Shown: one piece after another, positions 35,285-44,305 of the stretch
Position numbering within the stretch: the stretch's first letter is position 1
Layout of the letters: every line of letters starts with the position of its first letter
Source: Conexivisphaerales archaeon
GTDB lineage: Archaea; Thermoproteota; Nitrososphaeria; Conexivisphaerales; DTJL01
Reading direction: 5' to 3'
Length of the DNA stretch: 64,000 nt
Assembly: GCA_035543015.1 (NCBI GenBank)
Contig: DATKKG010000061.1
Span: forward strand, 2,065-66,064
Translations under genes and position numbers: made by a program
Notes under the pieces: generated by a model
What the model was told of the DNA's origin: nothing
Seen by the model: the letters and a program-made list of their open reading frames with translations, nothing else
Databases searched by the model: none

Positions 35285-35722
35285 TTGGCTAGGATGGTGG
35301 ATATCTCGGCGAAGCCGGTCGTCCGGAGGGAGGCCGTCGCCGAGGGCTTCATAGAGCTCAACAGCGGGACGATCAGGGCCATCAGGGAGAAGCGCCTCGA
35401 AAAGGGCGACGCGGAGGAGATCGCCAAGCTGGGCGCGATAACCGCCGGGAAGCGCACCTCCGAGATACTCATGCTCTGCCATCCGATACCCATCGAGTCC
35501 TTCGAGGTGGACGTGAAGGTGGAGAAGGACGGGGTCAGGGTCACCAGCCACGTCGTGGCCCTCGCCAAGACGGGGGTTGAGATGGAGGCGCTGACCGCCG
35601 TGGCCATGGGCCTTCTGAACGTGTGGGATGTGACCAAGAAGTACGAGAAGGACGCCCAGGGGCAGTACCCCTCCACCGCCATCAGGGACATACACGTCGT
35701 GCGCAAGGTGAAGAAGCAGTGA
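35285..35722 (+). CDS. moaC: cyclic pyranopterin monophosphate synthase MoaC
   Basis: 145 aa. MVDISAKP..., LCHPIP, and GVEMEALTAVA motifs. Confidence 0.9.
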   Translation: MARMVDISAKPVVRREAVAEGFIELNSGTIRAIREKRLEKGDAEEIAKLGAITAGKRTSEILMLCHPIPIESFEVDVKVEKDGVRVTSHVVALAKTGVEMEALTAVAMGLLNVWDVTKKYEKDAQGQYPSTAIRDIHVVRKVKKQ

Positions 35723-36246
35723 GCGAGCCGGCCGAGCACCACCACCATGACAGGAGCGACCTCCGGATAGGCGTAGTAACCGTCAGCACATCGAGATCCG
35801 CCGCCGCCAGGAACGGGAAGGAGTTCAAGGACGAGTCTGGCGAAGGAGCCTGCGCCATCGCGGTCGCGCGCGGATACCGTGTGACCTTCAGGAAGCTGGT
35901 GGGCGACGATATGAACGAGATCCGGCGCGCCTTCACCGAGGGGCTGGCCACGGGGCTCGTGGACGCCTTGGTATTTGTCGGCGGGACAGGGGCGGCCTCG
36001 TCGGACGTGACGCCGGAGGCCGTGGAGCCGATGCTGAAGAAGACCCTCCCCGGCTTCGGTGAGCTCTTCCGCGAAAGGAGCAGCCAGAGGATAGGCGTGA
36101 GCGCAGCTCTCAGCCGGGCCTTGGCGGGCACAGTGGACGAGTTCGCCGTCTTCTGTCTCCCCGGCTCGACGGACGGCTCTTCCCTGGGTATGGAGATGGC
36201 GATGGAGCTCCTTCCACATCTGAAGGCGCTGCTAGGTCCCGCCTAG
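35719..36246 (+). CDS. moaB: molybdenum cofactor biosynthesis protein MoaB/MogA family
   Basis: The GTG at 35719 overlaps the moaC stop (GTGA). LRIGVVTVSTS..., VFVGGTGAASSDVTPEA, PGSTDG. Confidence 0.85.
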   Translation: MSEPAEHHHHDRSDLRIGVVTVSTSRSAAARNGKEFKDESGEGACAIAVARGYRVTFRKLVGDDMNEIRRAFTEGLATGLVDALVFVGGTGAASSDVTPEAVEPMLKKTLPGFGELFRERSSQRIGVSAALSRALAGTVDEFAVFCLPGSTDGSSLGMEMAMELLPHLKALLGPA

Positions 36247-36588
36247 GGAGTCGGCCCACTTCTTCCTGTATGTGGCCAGGTCCCCTCCAGCGCAGTCCGA
36301 GCAGAGGCACCTGCCGCCCACGGAGTCCACGGAACATATCGCCCTGAAGGAGCAGTCGGCGCAGGAAGCGTCCTTGCCGCATGTGAAGCACTTGAAGGAG
36401 AAGTAGACCTCCCCTCCCGCCGCGGCCGCTATGATGCGCTTCGCCGCGGCAAGGTCGGCGCTCGACCTGATGAAGAACCCGCGCCCGGTCTTGTATTCGA
36501 CTCCCGCCTTCATCAGCTCCTTGAAGGCCGCCGTGCCCAGCCTTGGCAGGTTGACCCAGGTCTCGAGGGGGATCCTAGTCTCCGCCAT
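36232..36588 (-). CDS. Cys-rich hypothetical protein co-transcribed with the ECF module
   Basis: 118 aa. Cys motifs CFTCGKDASCADCSFRAIC...CLCSDC. Its ATG lies 1 nt after the ecfT stop. Confidence 0.55.
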   Translation of the reverse strand: MAETRIPLETWVNLPRLGTAAFKELMKAGVEYKTGRGFFIRSSADLAAAKRIIAAAAGGEVYFSFKCFTCGKDASCADCSFRAICSVDSVGGRCLCSDCAGGDLATYRKKWADSLGGT

Positions 36589-36589
36589 G

Positions 36590-37321
36590 TCAGACCACCC
36601 GGAAGCAGAGAAGCACTCCAGCCCATACGGCGACCGTCACTAATAAGGCGGCGTAGTCCCTCGACTTCAGATGGAGCGCGTAGAGGGAGGTCGGGTTCTT
36701 CACGGCGCCGTAGCCTCTGGACTCCATGGCCTCGGCGAGCTCCCCGCTCCTCACCAGGGCGTTGACTATGAGGGGTATGAGCACCGGTATGAGGTTCCTC
36801 AGCCTCTTCGCAGGCCCTCCCTTGTCCATCTCCAGGCCCCTCGACTTCTGGGCGTCTATGATCTGGGTCAGGTCGAGCATAAGCACTGGGACGAACCTGA
36901 CCGCCGTGACGAAGGCGAAGACGAAGTCCCTGGGGAGCCTGAACCATCGCATCACGTACTCCAGCTCGTCGGGTGAGGTGGTGACGAAGAACAGGGAGGT
37001 CGAGGCCACTATCGCCATGAAGCGGAGGGTGAGGGTGGCGCTCCTGTAGAGCCCGTAGCTGAACACAAGGTTGATGACGAATATGAAAGCGGCGAAGGTC
37101 AGCGACACGCTCATCACCTTGCCCAGCCTGCGCAGCGACTTCGCCAGGGCCGCAGGCACGGCTATGGCGCAGAACGCTATGGCCAGCTGGTAGAGGTCGG
37201 TCGTCAGCAGGGAGATCGAGAACAGAGCTATGGAGATCAGGAGCTTCACACGGGGGTCTAGGCGGTGGATGGGGGTGTCCTCATGCCTGAACCTCAGCCC
37301 CTCGGCCAGCAGGTGGGCCAT
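36590..37321 (-). CDS. ecfT: ECF transporter transmembrane component EcfT (CbiQ family)
   Basis: Starts at MAHLLAEGLRFRHEDTPIHRLDPRVK (ATG 37321, TGATG overlap with ecfA). Polytopic. The upstream part of the track ORF is shadow. Confidence 0.85.
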   Translation of the reverse strand: MAHLLAEGLRFRHEDTPIHRLDPRVKLLISIALFSISLLTTDLYQLAIAFCAIAVPAALAKSLRRLGKVMSVSLTFAAFIFVINLVFSYGLYRSATLTLRFMAIVASTSLFFVTTSPDELEYVMRWFRLPRDFVFAFVTAVRFVPVLMLDLTQIIDAQKSRGLEMDKGGPAKRLRNLIPVLIPLIVNALVRSGELAEAMESRGYGAVKNPTSLYALHLKSRDYAALLVTVAVWAGVLLCFRVV

Positions 37322-38130
37322 CAGGGCTCCCTCCGTTCGAGCCAGTGGACCGCGTCGGAGACGTTGCGGAAGGAGGGGCTCCGGCCGAGCATCTTGGATA
37401 TCGTGACCAGCTGCGGCTGCCTGAGCCCTGCGCTCTCCAGGAGGTCTGAATCGGAGTAGACCTCCTCCGGGTCGCCGTCCCTGACGACCTTGCCTGCGAT
37501 CATGACCACCGTCCTGGCCCAAAGCGGCCAGAGGAACTCGAGGTCGTGGGAGACCACTATGACGGTCTTCTCCGCCTCCATGAGCCTCCTGATTGTCTCA
37601 AGGATGCGGAGCTTGCTGGGGTAGTCCTGGCCCACGGTGGGCTCGTCGAGGACGAGGACGTCGGGGTTCCAAGCGGTGACCGCGGCGATGCAGAGGCGCT
37701 TCTTCTCGCCGCCGCTGAGGGTCAGCGGAGCCCTCTTCCTCAGGTGTTCGAGGCCGAAGTAGCGGAAGACCTCGTCGGTACGCTTGGCGGCCTCATCTTC
37801 GGAGAAGCCGAAGTTCCTGAGGCCGAAGAGCACCTCGGCCTCGGCCGTCTCGGAGAAGAGCTGGTGGTCCGAGTTCTGGAAGACAAGGCCCACCCTGCGG
37901 GATAGCTCGGCGACGCTCTGCTCCCTGGTGTCCTTGCCGAAGACCCTGACGGTTCCCGAAGACGGCTTGAGAAGGCCGTTCAGGTGCTTGAGCAGGGTCG
38001 TCTTGCCGGCGCCGTTCCCGCCGACTATGGCGATCACCTCGCCCTTGTCAATGTCGAGGCTCACCCCGTCCAGGGCCACGACCCCGTTGGGCTGCCTGAA
38101 GGCGACGTCCCTAAGCTCGATTACCGCCAA
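37321..38130 (-). CDS. ecfA: ECF transporter ATPase EcfA (second copy)
   Basis: The TTG at 38130 gives LAVIELRDVAF. Walker A GGNGAGKTT, signature LSGGEKKR, Walker B VLVLDEP. Confidence 0.88.
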   Translation of the reverse strand: MAVIELRDVAFRQPNGVVALDGVSLDIDKGEVIAIVGGNGAGKTTLLKHLNGLLKPSSGTVRVFGKDTREQSVAELSRRVGLVFQNSDHQLFSETAEAEVLFGLRNFGFSEDEAAKRTDEVFRYFGLEHLRKRAPLTLSGGEKKRLCIAAVTAWNPDVLVLDEPTVGQDYPSKLRILETIRRLMEAEKTVIVVSHDLEFLWPLWARTVVMIAGKVVRDGDPEEVYSDSDLLESAGLRQPQLVTISKMLGRSPSFRNVSDAVHWLERREP

Positions 38131-38882
38131 ATCTCCTTCGCCTCGGAGCAGAAGGCATCGACGGTGAGCCCAATGCCATGGGGCCACTTGCCCGCCTCTC
38201 GCAGACGCCTCTGCACCTCCACGACGGTGGGAGGCGAGAGGCCCACTTCGTGGAGGCCCTCGGAGGAAAGGACCTCCGCCGGGGGGCCCGACTTCCAGAC
38301 CTTGCCTCCGGAGAGGATTACGAGCTGGTCGGCGATGGGGGCCACCAGCTCCAGCCTGTGCTCGACGAGCAGGACGCTGAGGCCAAGCTCGGAGTTGAGC
38401 CTCTCGACCAGTGCCACCACCCCGTCGGCCGTCCGCGGGTCCAGCAGCGACGTGGGCTCGTCCAGCACGAGCAGCTCCGGGCCCATGGCCAGTGCGCCGG
38501 CTATGGCGACGCGCTGCTTCTGCCCGTCGGAAAGCTCGCTTGGCGACCTGTTGCGGAGCCCCTCGATGCCGAGGAGCTTGAGGGATTCGTCCACCCGGCG
38601 GACGATCTCCGGGCGTGGGACCCCGAGGTTCTCGAGGCCGAAGGCGACGTCCCTTTCGACCGTGAACATGAAGATCTGGTTCTCGGGGTTCTGGAAGAGG
38701 AAGCCGATCTTCTTGGCCAGTTCGTAGGTGGGCGTCTCCTGCGCCACCAGCCCGTCCACCACAACCCTGCCCGTGTATTCGCCAGGGTAGATGTGTGGAA
38801 TCAGGCCGTTGATGGACCTGAGGAGGGTGGTCTTCCCACTTCCGCTGGCCCCTGCCAGGACGGCTATCTCCCCCCTCTTCAT
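38121..38882 (-). CDS. ecfA: ECF transporter ATPase EcfA (first copy); canonical-start ORF is N-terminally short
   Basis: Walker A GASGSGKTT, LSDGQKQR, LLVLDEP. Conserved-looking coding sequence continues upstream to 38975 without an ATG, GTG or TTG (see findings). Confidence 0.85.
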   Translation of the reverse strand: MKRGEIAVLAGASGSGKTTLLRSINGLIPHIYPGEYTGRVVVDGLVAQETPTYELAKKIGFLFQNPENQIFMFTVERDVAFGLENLGVPRPEIVRRVDESLKLLGIEGLRNRSPSELSDGQKQRVAIAGALAMGPELLVLDEPTSLLDPRTADGVVALVERLNSELGLSVLLVEHRLELVAPIADQLVILSGGKVWKSGPPAEVLSSEGLHEVGLSPPTVVEVQRRLREAGKWPHGIGLTVDAFCSEAKEIWR

Positions 38883-39033
38883 GGAGAGGTCGACGTGCTG
38901 AAGGGTGGGGACGTCCGTCCCTTGGTACCTGAACGAGAAGTCCTCGAACTTCAGAATCTCGTCAGCCGTCCCCAGTCACCTACGCGAAAAGTCAAGGGCT
39001 TGGAGTGGCTTATTAAACTGTTGCGGGGGTCGC

Positions 39034-40044
39034 TCAGGTGATCTCTTTCAGCTGGATCCCGAGCCTGGACCCCAGGAACTCCTTGAACGAAAGGATCACA
39101 GCTTCGGGCTTGGCCCGGACGTTCATCGAAGCGGCGGTCGGGTGGCCGCCCCCGGCTCCTCCATGGGCATCGGAAAAGGCCTTGCAGAAGTCGATGCCGA
39201 GGTGGATCCCCGTCTTCTCCTTGAAGATCTGGGTGGAACGGAGGCTCGCCCTTGTCTCCTCCTCTACTTCGCCGAGGGCGAGGGAGACGTCCGCCCCTAC
39301 GTCGATAAGGGAGCGGGCCACCGAGGCCTGGAAGGAGCCCACCGTGGTCAGGGCGACCAGCCAGTCTCCCGCCCTGTAATAGGTGGCCCTCTTCGACGCC
39401 TTGATCCTGGCGATGGACTCGGAGACGTCCCTCCGGGTGCGGAGCACGGACCTGGCCTTCTCCACGTCCGCGCCCAGGCGGCAGAGGCGGTCGACGGCGG
39501 ATATCGTCCTGTTGGAGGCGATGGTCAGGAACTGCGAATCGGCCATTATCCCGAGGAGGAGGGCTGTGGCCGTCGGCTTCCTCACCTGAATGCCGGCGCC
39601 CTCCGCAAGACGGAAGACGAGCTCGCTGGCCGACGACGCCCGAATGTCAACGACCGCCCTGTCGACGACCCCCTTCATGCTGTCGTCCGGGGGATGATGG
39701 TCGACGAGTACCCGATAGGACTTCATCGACCTGATGACCTCCAGCTGGGCGCTGAGGAGGGACGAATGCCCCGTATCCGTCACGAAGACGAGGTCGTAGG
39801 GCTGGACCGGGATCTCCTCCAAGAACGAAGCTTTCAGCAGGGAGAGGACCTTCCTCGACTGGAGCGTGACTCCTTCGGGGGAGACGAGCGTAACCTTCTT
39901 GCGACCGCCAGAAGCCGACGCGAGCCTCTTTATCGCGAAGGCGGAGGCGACGGCGTCCACGTCCGCGTTCCTGTGGGTCACGACGAGGATCCGCCGGGCT
40001 GAAGCGAGCCGCCTAAGCGGGTTTCCGCCTCGAGAGGGGCTCAA
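39034..40044 (-). CDS. DHH/DHHA1-family phosphoesterase (NrnA-like)
   Basis: 336 aa. Motifs HRNADVDAVAS, VTDTG, DHHPP, GGGHPTAA. Confidence 0.85.
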   Translation of the reverse strand: MSPSRGGNPLRRLASARRILVVTHRNADVDAVASAFAIKRLASASGGRKKVTLVSPEGVTLQSRKVLSLLKASFLEEIPVQPYDLVFVTDTGHSSLLSAQLEVIRSMKSYRVLVDHHPPDDSMKGVVDRAVVDIRASSASELVFRLAEGAGIQVRKPTATALLLGIMADSQFLTIASNRTISAVDRLCRLGADVEKARSVLRTRRDVSESIARIKASKRATYYRAGDWLVALTTVGSFQASVARSLIDVGADVSLALGEVEEETRASLRSTQIFKEKTGIHLGIDFCKAFSDAHGGAGGGHPTAASMNVRAKPEAVILSFKEFLGSRLGIQLKEIT

Positions 40045-40047
40045 CGC

Positions 40048-40335
40048 CTATTTGGCGGGTCGATCTTGCTTGCTCTTTAAAGCTTCGTTGACCTTGTTCT
40101 GCACTTCTTGAAGGCTGGCGCGGATCCTTTCCTCCTGCTTGGCTAGAACCTGGATCCTCGTGCTGGTGAGGTCCGCCTTCTCCTCCAGCTCCTTCAGGAC
40201 CTCGTCCTTGTTGGCCTTGACGAGCACCGAGCCTGCGTTCTTGTACACGGTGGCGTCGGGGGCGGCCTTCTTGAGCTCCTCGGTCGCCCTGTCGGCCTCG
40301 GCTTTTTCGGCCTCGAGAAGCTGTTTCTGGCTCAC
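40048..40335 (-). CDS. pfdB: prefoldin beta subunit (canonical-start ORF; true N-terminus probably at 40419)
   Basis: Coiled coil - beta hairpin (VYKNAGSVLVK) - coiled coil. The in-frame upstream 28 codons encode the expected N-helix (DFPPWLKEQLARYDQLQQNLQAI). Confidence 0.85.
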   Translation of the reverse strand: MSQKQLLEAEKAEADRATEELKKAAPDATVYKNAGSVLVKANKDEVLKELEEKADLTSTRIQVLAKQEERIRASLQEVQNKVNEALKSKQDRPAK

Positions 40336-40414
40336 TATCGCCTGGAGGTTCTGCTGAAGCTGGTCATAGCGGGCCAGCTGCTCCTTCAGCCAAGGAGGGA
40401 AATCGGTGCTCAGT

Positions 40415-40651
40415 TCAATCCACCGCCCGAATGCTCTCTCGTGCTGCCTTTAAAAGTCTTAGAACCGAGCCGGCGAAGATCCTTGCATCCCCCAGGGTCT
40501 TCGCTCCGACCCTGAAGCGGAGCCCTCCTGGCCTGAGCTCGACGCTGAATCGGACCCTTCCGTAGGCGGACTCCGGATAGAGGGCTTCGAGCAGGGCCTT
40601 CGATTCGGCCCCGCTTGCCTCTACGTCCATCTCCACCGAGGTCTCATTCAT
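40415..40651 (-). CDS. small protein, Pcc1 (KEOPS subunit)-like by size and context
   Basis: 78 aa, between rpl37ae and pfdB. The assignment rests on context and size only. Confidence 0.45.
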   Translation of the reverse strand: MNETSVEMDVEASGAESKALLEALYPESAYGRVRFSVELRPGGLRFRVGAKTLGDARIFAGSVLRLLKAARESIRAVD

Positions 40652-40853
40652 AGGAGTAGGCCCCGCCGGCCGCCTTGAAGCCGCACTTGTCGCACTGCCA
40701 TACGCCGGCGGCGGCGCGGCGGAACTTCAAGGAACCGCAGCTGGGGCACTTCCTCTTGGCTTTGAGAACCCTGTGGACCCTGCTGTACCTCTTCCTGACG
40801 GTGGCCCCGTACTTCTGTCCCAGGCCCTTAAGCGCTTGATCCTTCCTTGGCAA
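40644..40853 (-). CDS. rpl37ae: 50S ribosomal protein L37Ae (L43e)
   Basis: 69 aa. KYGATVRKRY and zinc ribbon CPSC...CDKC. Confidence 0.93.
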   Translation of the reverse strand: MPRKDQALKGLGQKYGATVRKRYSRVHRVLKAKRKCPSCGSLKFRRAAAGVWQCDKCGFKAAGGAYSYE

Positions 40854-41667
40854 ACCCCACAGCCTCTCTGATCCTTGCCTCTATCTCCTTGGACCTCGCC
40901 ATGGACAGGTCAAGCGCCCTTAAGACTTGCTCCGGGGAGAAGCTTCCCTGGCCACCCTTCTGGGCCGCGCAGGCCTGGCCGTCAGCTATGGCGAAGGTTA
41001 TGCGAGCCTCCTGGATGGCCTCCTCTTCCGTGGTTGGGTCCGACAGGAGGAAGTCGCCCAGCTTGGAGGTCGTCACCGAGACCGGTATGCGGAGTATCGG
41101 CAGGGCCGACACTTCCTCCAGCTCGACGACCTGGTCCTCCTTGAGGGTCATCTTCTTGAACTTGGCGTTCGCAAGGGCGGCCACCACTGCGTACGAGGTC
41201 GCGTCGAGCAGGTTGCCGTCCACGTTGACTATGGCGACGTCGACGAATATCGAGTAGACCTTCTTCCCTTCCTCGATGACCATCTGGTGCATGTCCACCA
41301 TGTGAGACTCCCTGACCCCTCTGTCGACGACGCGGGCCAGCTCTATCGAGTCCTCGTCCGGCGGCCCGGGCTCTGCGTAGGCCGAAGCTATGGGGAGGAC
41401 TTCCGCCCCCACCACCAGGATCCCTTCGTCCGGCGTGTCCGGGAAGGGAGTGCCCACCGCGACCTTGACCCCTGCAACGACCCTCGTGTATCCGAGGTCC
41501 ACCGTCGCGGAGCCGTTGGCCTTGATCATGGTCCCGACCTGTATCTTCAGGTCCCTGTAGTCGTTGAGGCCGCGTCCGTCGGACCTCCTGCCCTGGGAGT
41601 ACTGCTCAAGCATCTGCTCCCTTCGCAGGTTGTCCACGAAAAGGGCCTTCCTGTATGATGTAGACAT
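40828..41667 (-). CDS. rrp42: exosome complex component Rrp42
   Basis: 279 aa. RNase PH-like (GRRSDGRGLNDYR, GSATVDLG). Follows rrp41. Confidence 0.9.
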   Translation of the reverse strand: MSTSYRKALFVDNLRREQMLEQYSQGRRSDGRGLNDYRDLKIQVGTMIKANGSATVDLGYTRVVAGVKVAVGTPFPDTPDEGILVVGAEVLPIASAYAEPGPPDEDSIELARVVDRGVRESHMVDMHQMVIEEGKKVYSIFVDVAIVNVDGNLLDATSYAVVAALANAKFKKMTLKEDQVVELEEVSALPILRIPVSVTTSKLGDFLLSDPTTEEEAIQEARITFAIADGQACAAQKGGQGSFSPEQVLRALDLSMARSKEIEARIREAVGFAKEGSSA

Positions 41668-41670
41668 CTT

Positions 41671-42399
41671 CTAGGCCTCCTTGATCTTCGGAGTCGAATC
41701 CCCGAAGTACTTGCTTATGACCGCTTCGCGCTGGACCTTGTAGACCTCCTTGCAGGCCTCCTTGGCCATGTTGAATGCTTTCTCGAACTCCTCGCGGGTC
41801 AAGAAGCCGTCCATCTGCAGCAGTGTCACCTGGTCCATGTTGGGCATGTAGGCGACCGGCAGGTCCACCTGACCCTCCTTGTCCTCTTCGTCGCAGAGGT
41901 CGAGGATCAGCTTGTCCTGGGCCTTCCCGGCGGCGACGGCGACTACCATGTCTCTCATGGTGATGCCTGCGTCCGCGAGGGCAGCCGCCGCCGCTGTGAT
42001 GCTGGCGGCCCTGGAGCCCCCGTCCGAGGTGAGCACCTCGACGTAGATTTCTATGGCCGTCCTCGGGTACTCCTCGAGTATCAGGGCAGGCGTCAGGGCC
42101 TCCCTGATGACCTTGGAGAGCTCTATCTCGCGCCTGGAAGGCTGCGGTGGCTTCCTGTCCGGGACGGAGAACGGAGCCATGTGGTACCTGCACTTCAGTA
42201 CCGCCCTGTCGGCCATGGCTATGTGCTTCGGGTGGCATTCTTTCGGTCCGTGGACTGCGGCGAAGATCTTGTTCTTCCCCCACTCTATGTACGCGGACCC
42301 GTCGGCGTTCCTGAGCACGCCGACCTGGATCTTGACGGGCCTGAGCTCGTCGAGCTTTCGCCCGTCGATCCTCAACCCGTTCTCGTCTATCAGGTTCAT
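41671..42399 (-). CDS. rrp41: exosome complex exonuclease Rrp41
   Basis: 242 aa. RIDGRKLDELRP, ADGSAYIEWG, and DGGSRAASITAA RNase PH motifs. Confidence 0.93.
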   Translation of the reverse strand: MNLIDENGLRIDGRKLDELRPVKIQVGVLRNADGSAYIEWGKNKIFAAVHGPKECHPKHIAMADRAVLKCRYHMAPFSVPDRKPPQPSRREIELSKVIREALTPALILEEYPRTAIEIYVEVLTSDGGSRAASITAAAAALADAGITMRDMVVAVAAGKAQDKLILDLCDEEDKEGQVDLPVAYMPNMDQVTLLQMDGFLTREEFEKAFNMAKEACKEVYKVQREAVISKYFGDSTPKIKEA

Positions 42400-43199
42400 T
42401 CTCTTTTCTCCTCCAATGAATCTTTATCCCGGCGCCGATCCTCTTGAGGCTCAGCCGCCGCATCGGCCGCGGCCTTTTCCGAAACCGGGGCCTGCGCCTG
42501 CTCGGCCGGTTGCTCTGCCGTGAGGCCCAACCTGTCCGCCAGGAACCTCTCTATCTTCTCGGTCAGGCCGGACATGTGGGCCATGTCCTCCACCATGTTG
42601 ATGGCTTCCATGGCCAGGGCCGCCCCTTCCTGTGGCCCGGAGATTATGATGTAGCCGTTCTGGCCTATGATGATCTTGCACCCCGAGGCCTCCTCGATCA
42701 TCTTGCTCATGCTGCCCCTCCTGCCGATGAGGCGCGGTACCTTCACGGGCTCGATCTTGACGACATAGCCTGCAGGCGCGAGGCCGAGCCTCGGCCCGGA
42801 CACGGAAAGCATGGGGTCCTTGGACCTGTCAAAGGCGGCCACCAGAGCGATGATGGTGTCACCTACATCAAACTTGTTGCGGAGGTCGTCCTTCTCCGCG
42901 CTGAACCTGCGGCCGTATACGCTCGACGCCGGCAAAAAGGCCGGGAAGAACGAATTTATGTCAACGGTCCATGCGAATGCGGACACGTCGGTCACCACCC
43001 CGATTACTACATCGTCGGGCTTCGGAACGTAGGGGCCCGAAAGCGGGATGACCTTGACCTTGTTTCCGTCCAGCTCGCACAGGCCGACTCTCATGGCATA
43101 CACCTTCTCGCCGATCGAGTAGGCGTTGCTCACTGGGACGTAGTCCCCTTCGGCTATGACGTCGCCTGGTACGACGTACTTCCTTTCGACTTTGCTCAA
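42396..43199 (-). CDS. rrp4: exosome RNA-binding subunit Rrp4 (S1 + KH) with acidic/Ala-rich C-terminal tail
   Basis: 267 aa. VVPGDVIAEG N-terminus, S1 fold, and KH motif IGRRGSMSKMIEE. Confidence 0.9.
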   Translation of the reverse strand: MSKVERKYVVPGDVIAEGDYVPVSNAYSIGEKVYAMRVGLCELDGNKVKVIPLSGPYVPKPDDVVIGVVTDVSAFAWTVDINSFFPAFLPASSVYGRRFSAEKDDLRNKFDVGDTIIALVAAFDRSKDPMLSVSGPRLGLAPAGYVVKIEPVKVPRLIGRRGSMSKMIEEASGCKIIIGQNGYIIISGPQEGAALAMEAINMVEDMAHMSGLTEKIERFLADRLGLTAEQPAEQAQAPVSEKAAADAAAEPQEDRRRDKDSLEEKRE

Positions 43200-43211
43200 T
43201 TTGGTTTCTAT

Positions 43212-43901
43212 TCACTCCACGGGAGAGACTTGGGCAGTTCCTTTCGTCGCCGAACCGAGCCTGTCGAGGAGGCTCCTCTGGGTGGCGATGGGTATCTCTA
43301 TCACGGCGTTCAAACCACCGTCGCTGCGCCACTCCTCCTTGAGGATCTCCCCGAAGCTCTTCAACGTGCCCAGCGTCTGCGGCGCGTGGATCGCATCCAC
43401 CTGAACCTTTAGCTTGATGTTGCCCGTTTTGAGCGGAAGGATAGCCCTGAGCTCGTCGATAATCTTCTTCGCTTGCTCTTCGGCGTCCTTGTTCGGGTCG
43501 ATCACGACGCGGACCTGCTGTAGCGCCTGCTCAATCCTCAACGGCGGATGTGGCAGGTTTGTCTTCGGGTCGACGTAGTTCTTGGAGATGAAGCTGACTA
43601 TCTGCTTCCGCTTTTCATCGACCATCTTCCTTCTCTGGTCGGTGGTCAGCTGAATCTCGCCCTTCTGAAGGATAGCTTGGGCCACCTGGTCGAGGTTGGT
43701 CGTCTTGAAGCATTTCATCAGCTTCTCTTCTGAAGCCCTCTGGCCCTTGTTCGAATCCGTGAAGACTTCGTCCGAGGCCAGTATCTGGCTCAGTTCCACC
43801 CTCTTGCCCAGCTTGTAGTTCAGAGCCGCATCAGGATCGACAAGTATCTCGAACCTGTCGCCTCCCACCACAAAGCGGACGGTGGTCAGCTTATCAGCCA
43901 A
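43212..43901 (-). CDS. sdo1: SBDS-family ribosome maturation protein (Sdo1)
   Basis: 229 aa. GGDRFEILVDPD and EVFTDSNKGQRASEE motifs. Immediately upstream of rrp4. Confidence 0.92.
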   Translation of the reverse strand: MADKLTTVRFVVGGDRFEILVDPDAALNYKLGKRVELSQILASDEVFTDSNKGQRASEEKLMKCFKTTNLDQVAQAILQKGEIQLTTDQRRKMVDEKRKQIVSFISKNYVDPKTNLPHPPLRIEQALQQVRVVIDPNKDAEEQAKKIIDELRAILPLKTGNIKLKVQVDAIHAPQTLGTLKSFGEILKEEWRSDGGLNAVIEIPIATQRSLLDRLGSATKGTAQVSPVE

Positions 43902-44305
43902 TTCTCTCCTTCACTAGGCGATGAGTCGTGGGTGATATAAAGATAGTTGTGAGGTTGCGGGGGGCACTGCTTCCATCAAGGCCAACGCAGAAGACTGGGC
44001 CGTTTCAGGGCTCTAAAGGGTCGGCATGGCCCTGACGATGAATCACGCCTACGGGAGGATCATCACCCAGAAGTACCTCCTGGGGGTCGTCGCGAAGGCT
44101 CCCGTCCTCAGCTGCTCTCCAGCCGAGTCCGCGTTCAACCCCCCGTACGTTACTCAGGTTGCCCTGAAGGTACTCGCCCTCCACATGGACGCAACCCGTC
44201 TTTCGTCGGGTTCGGAGGCGAGAAGCCGCCTCTGTGGCCTTGGCAGACTCCCTCTGAGGGCGTGTCCGCCAAGACCTCCCCCGGGTAACGGGTACCCGGC
44301 GATTG

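Noticed and set aside
35122-36219. 365-aa minus-strand ORF over moaC/moaB
   Set aside because: It is antisense to two well-supported Moco genes, and its composition is implausible (Arg/Pro/Ala/Ser runs).
38905-40002. 365-aa plus-strand ORF
   Set aside because: It is antisense to the DHH phosphoesterase gene, which carries all the DHH/DHHA1 motifs. Judged a shadow ORF.
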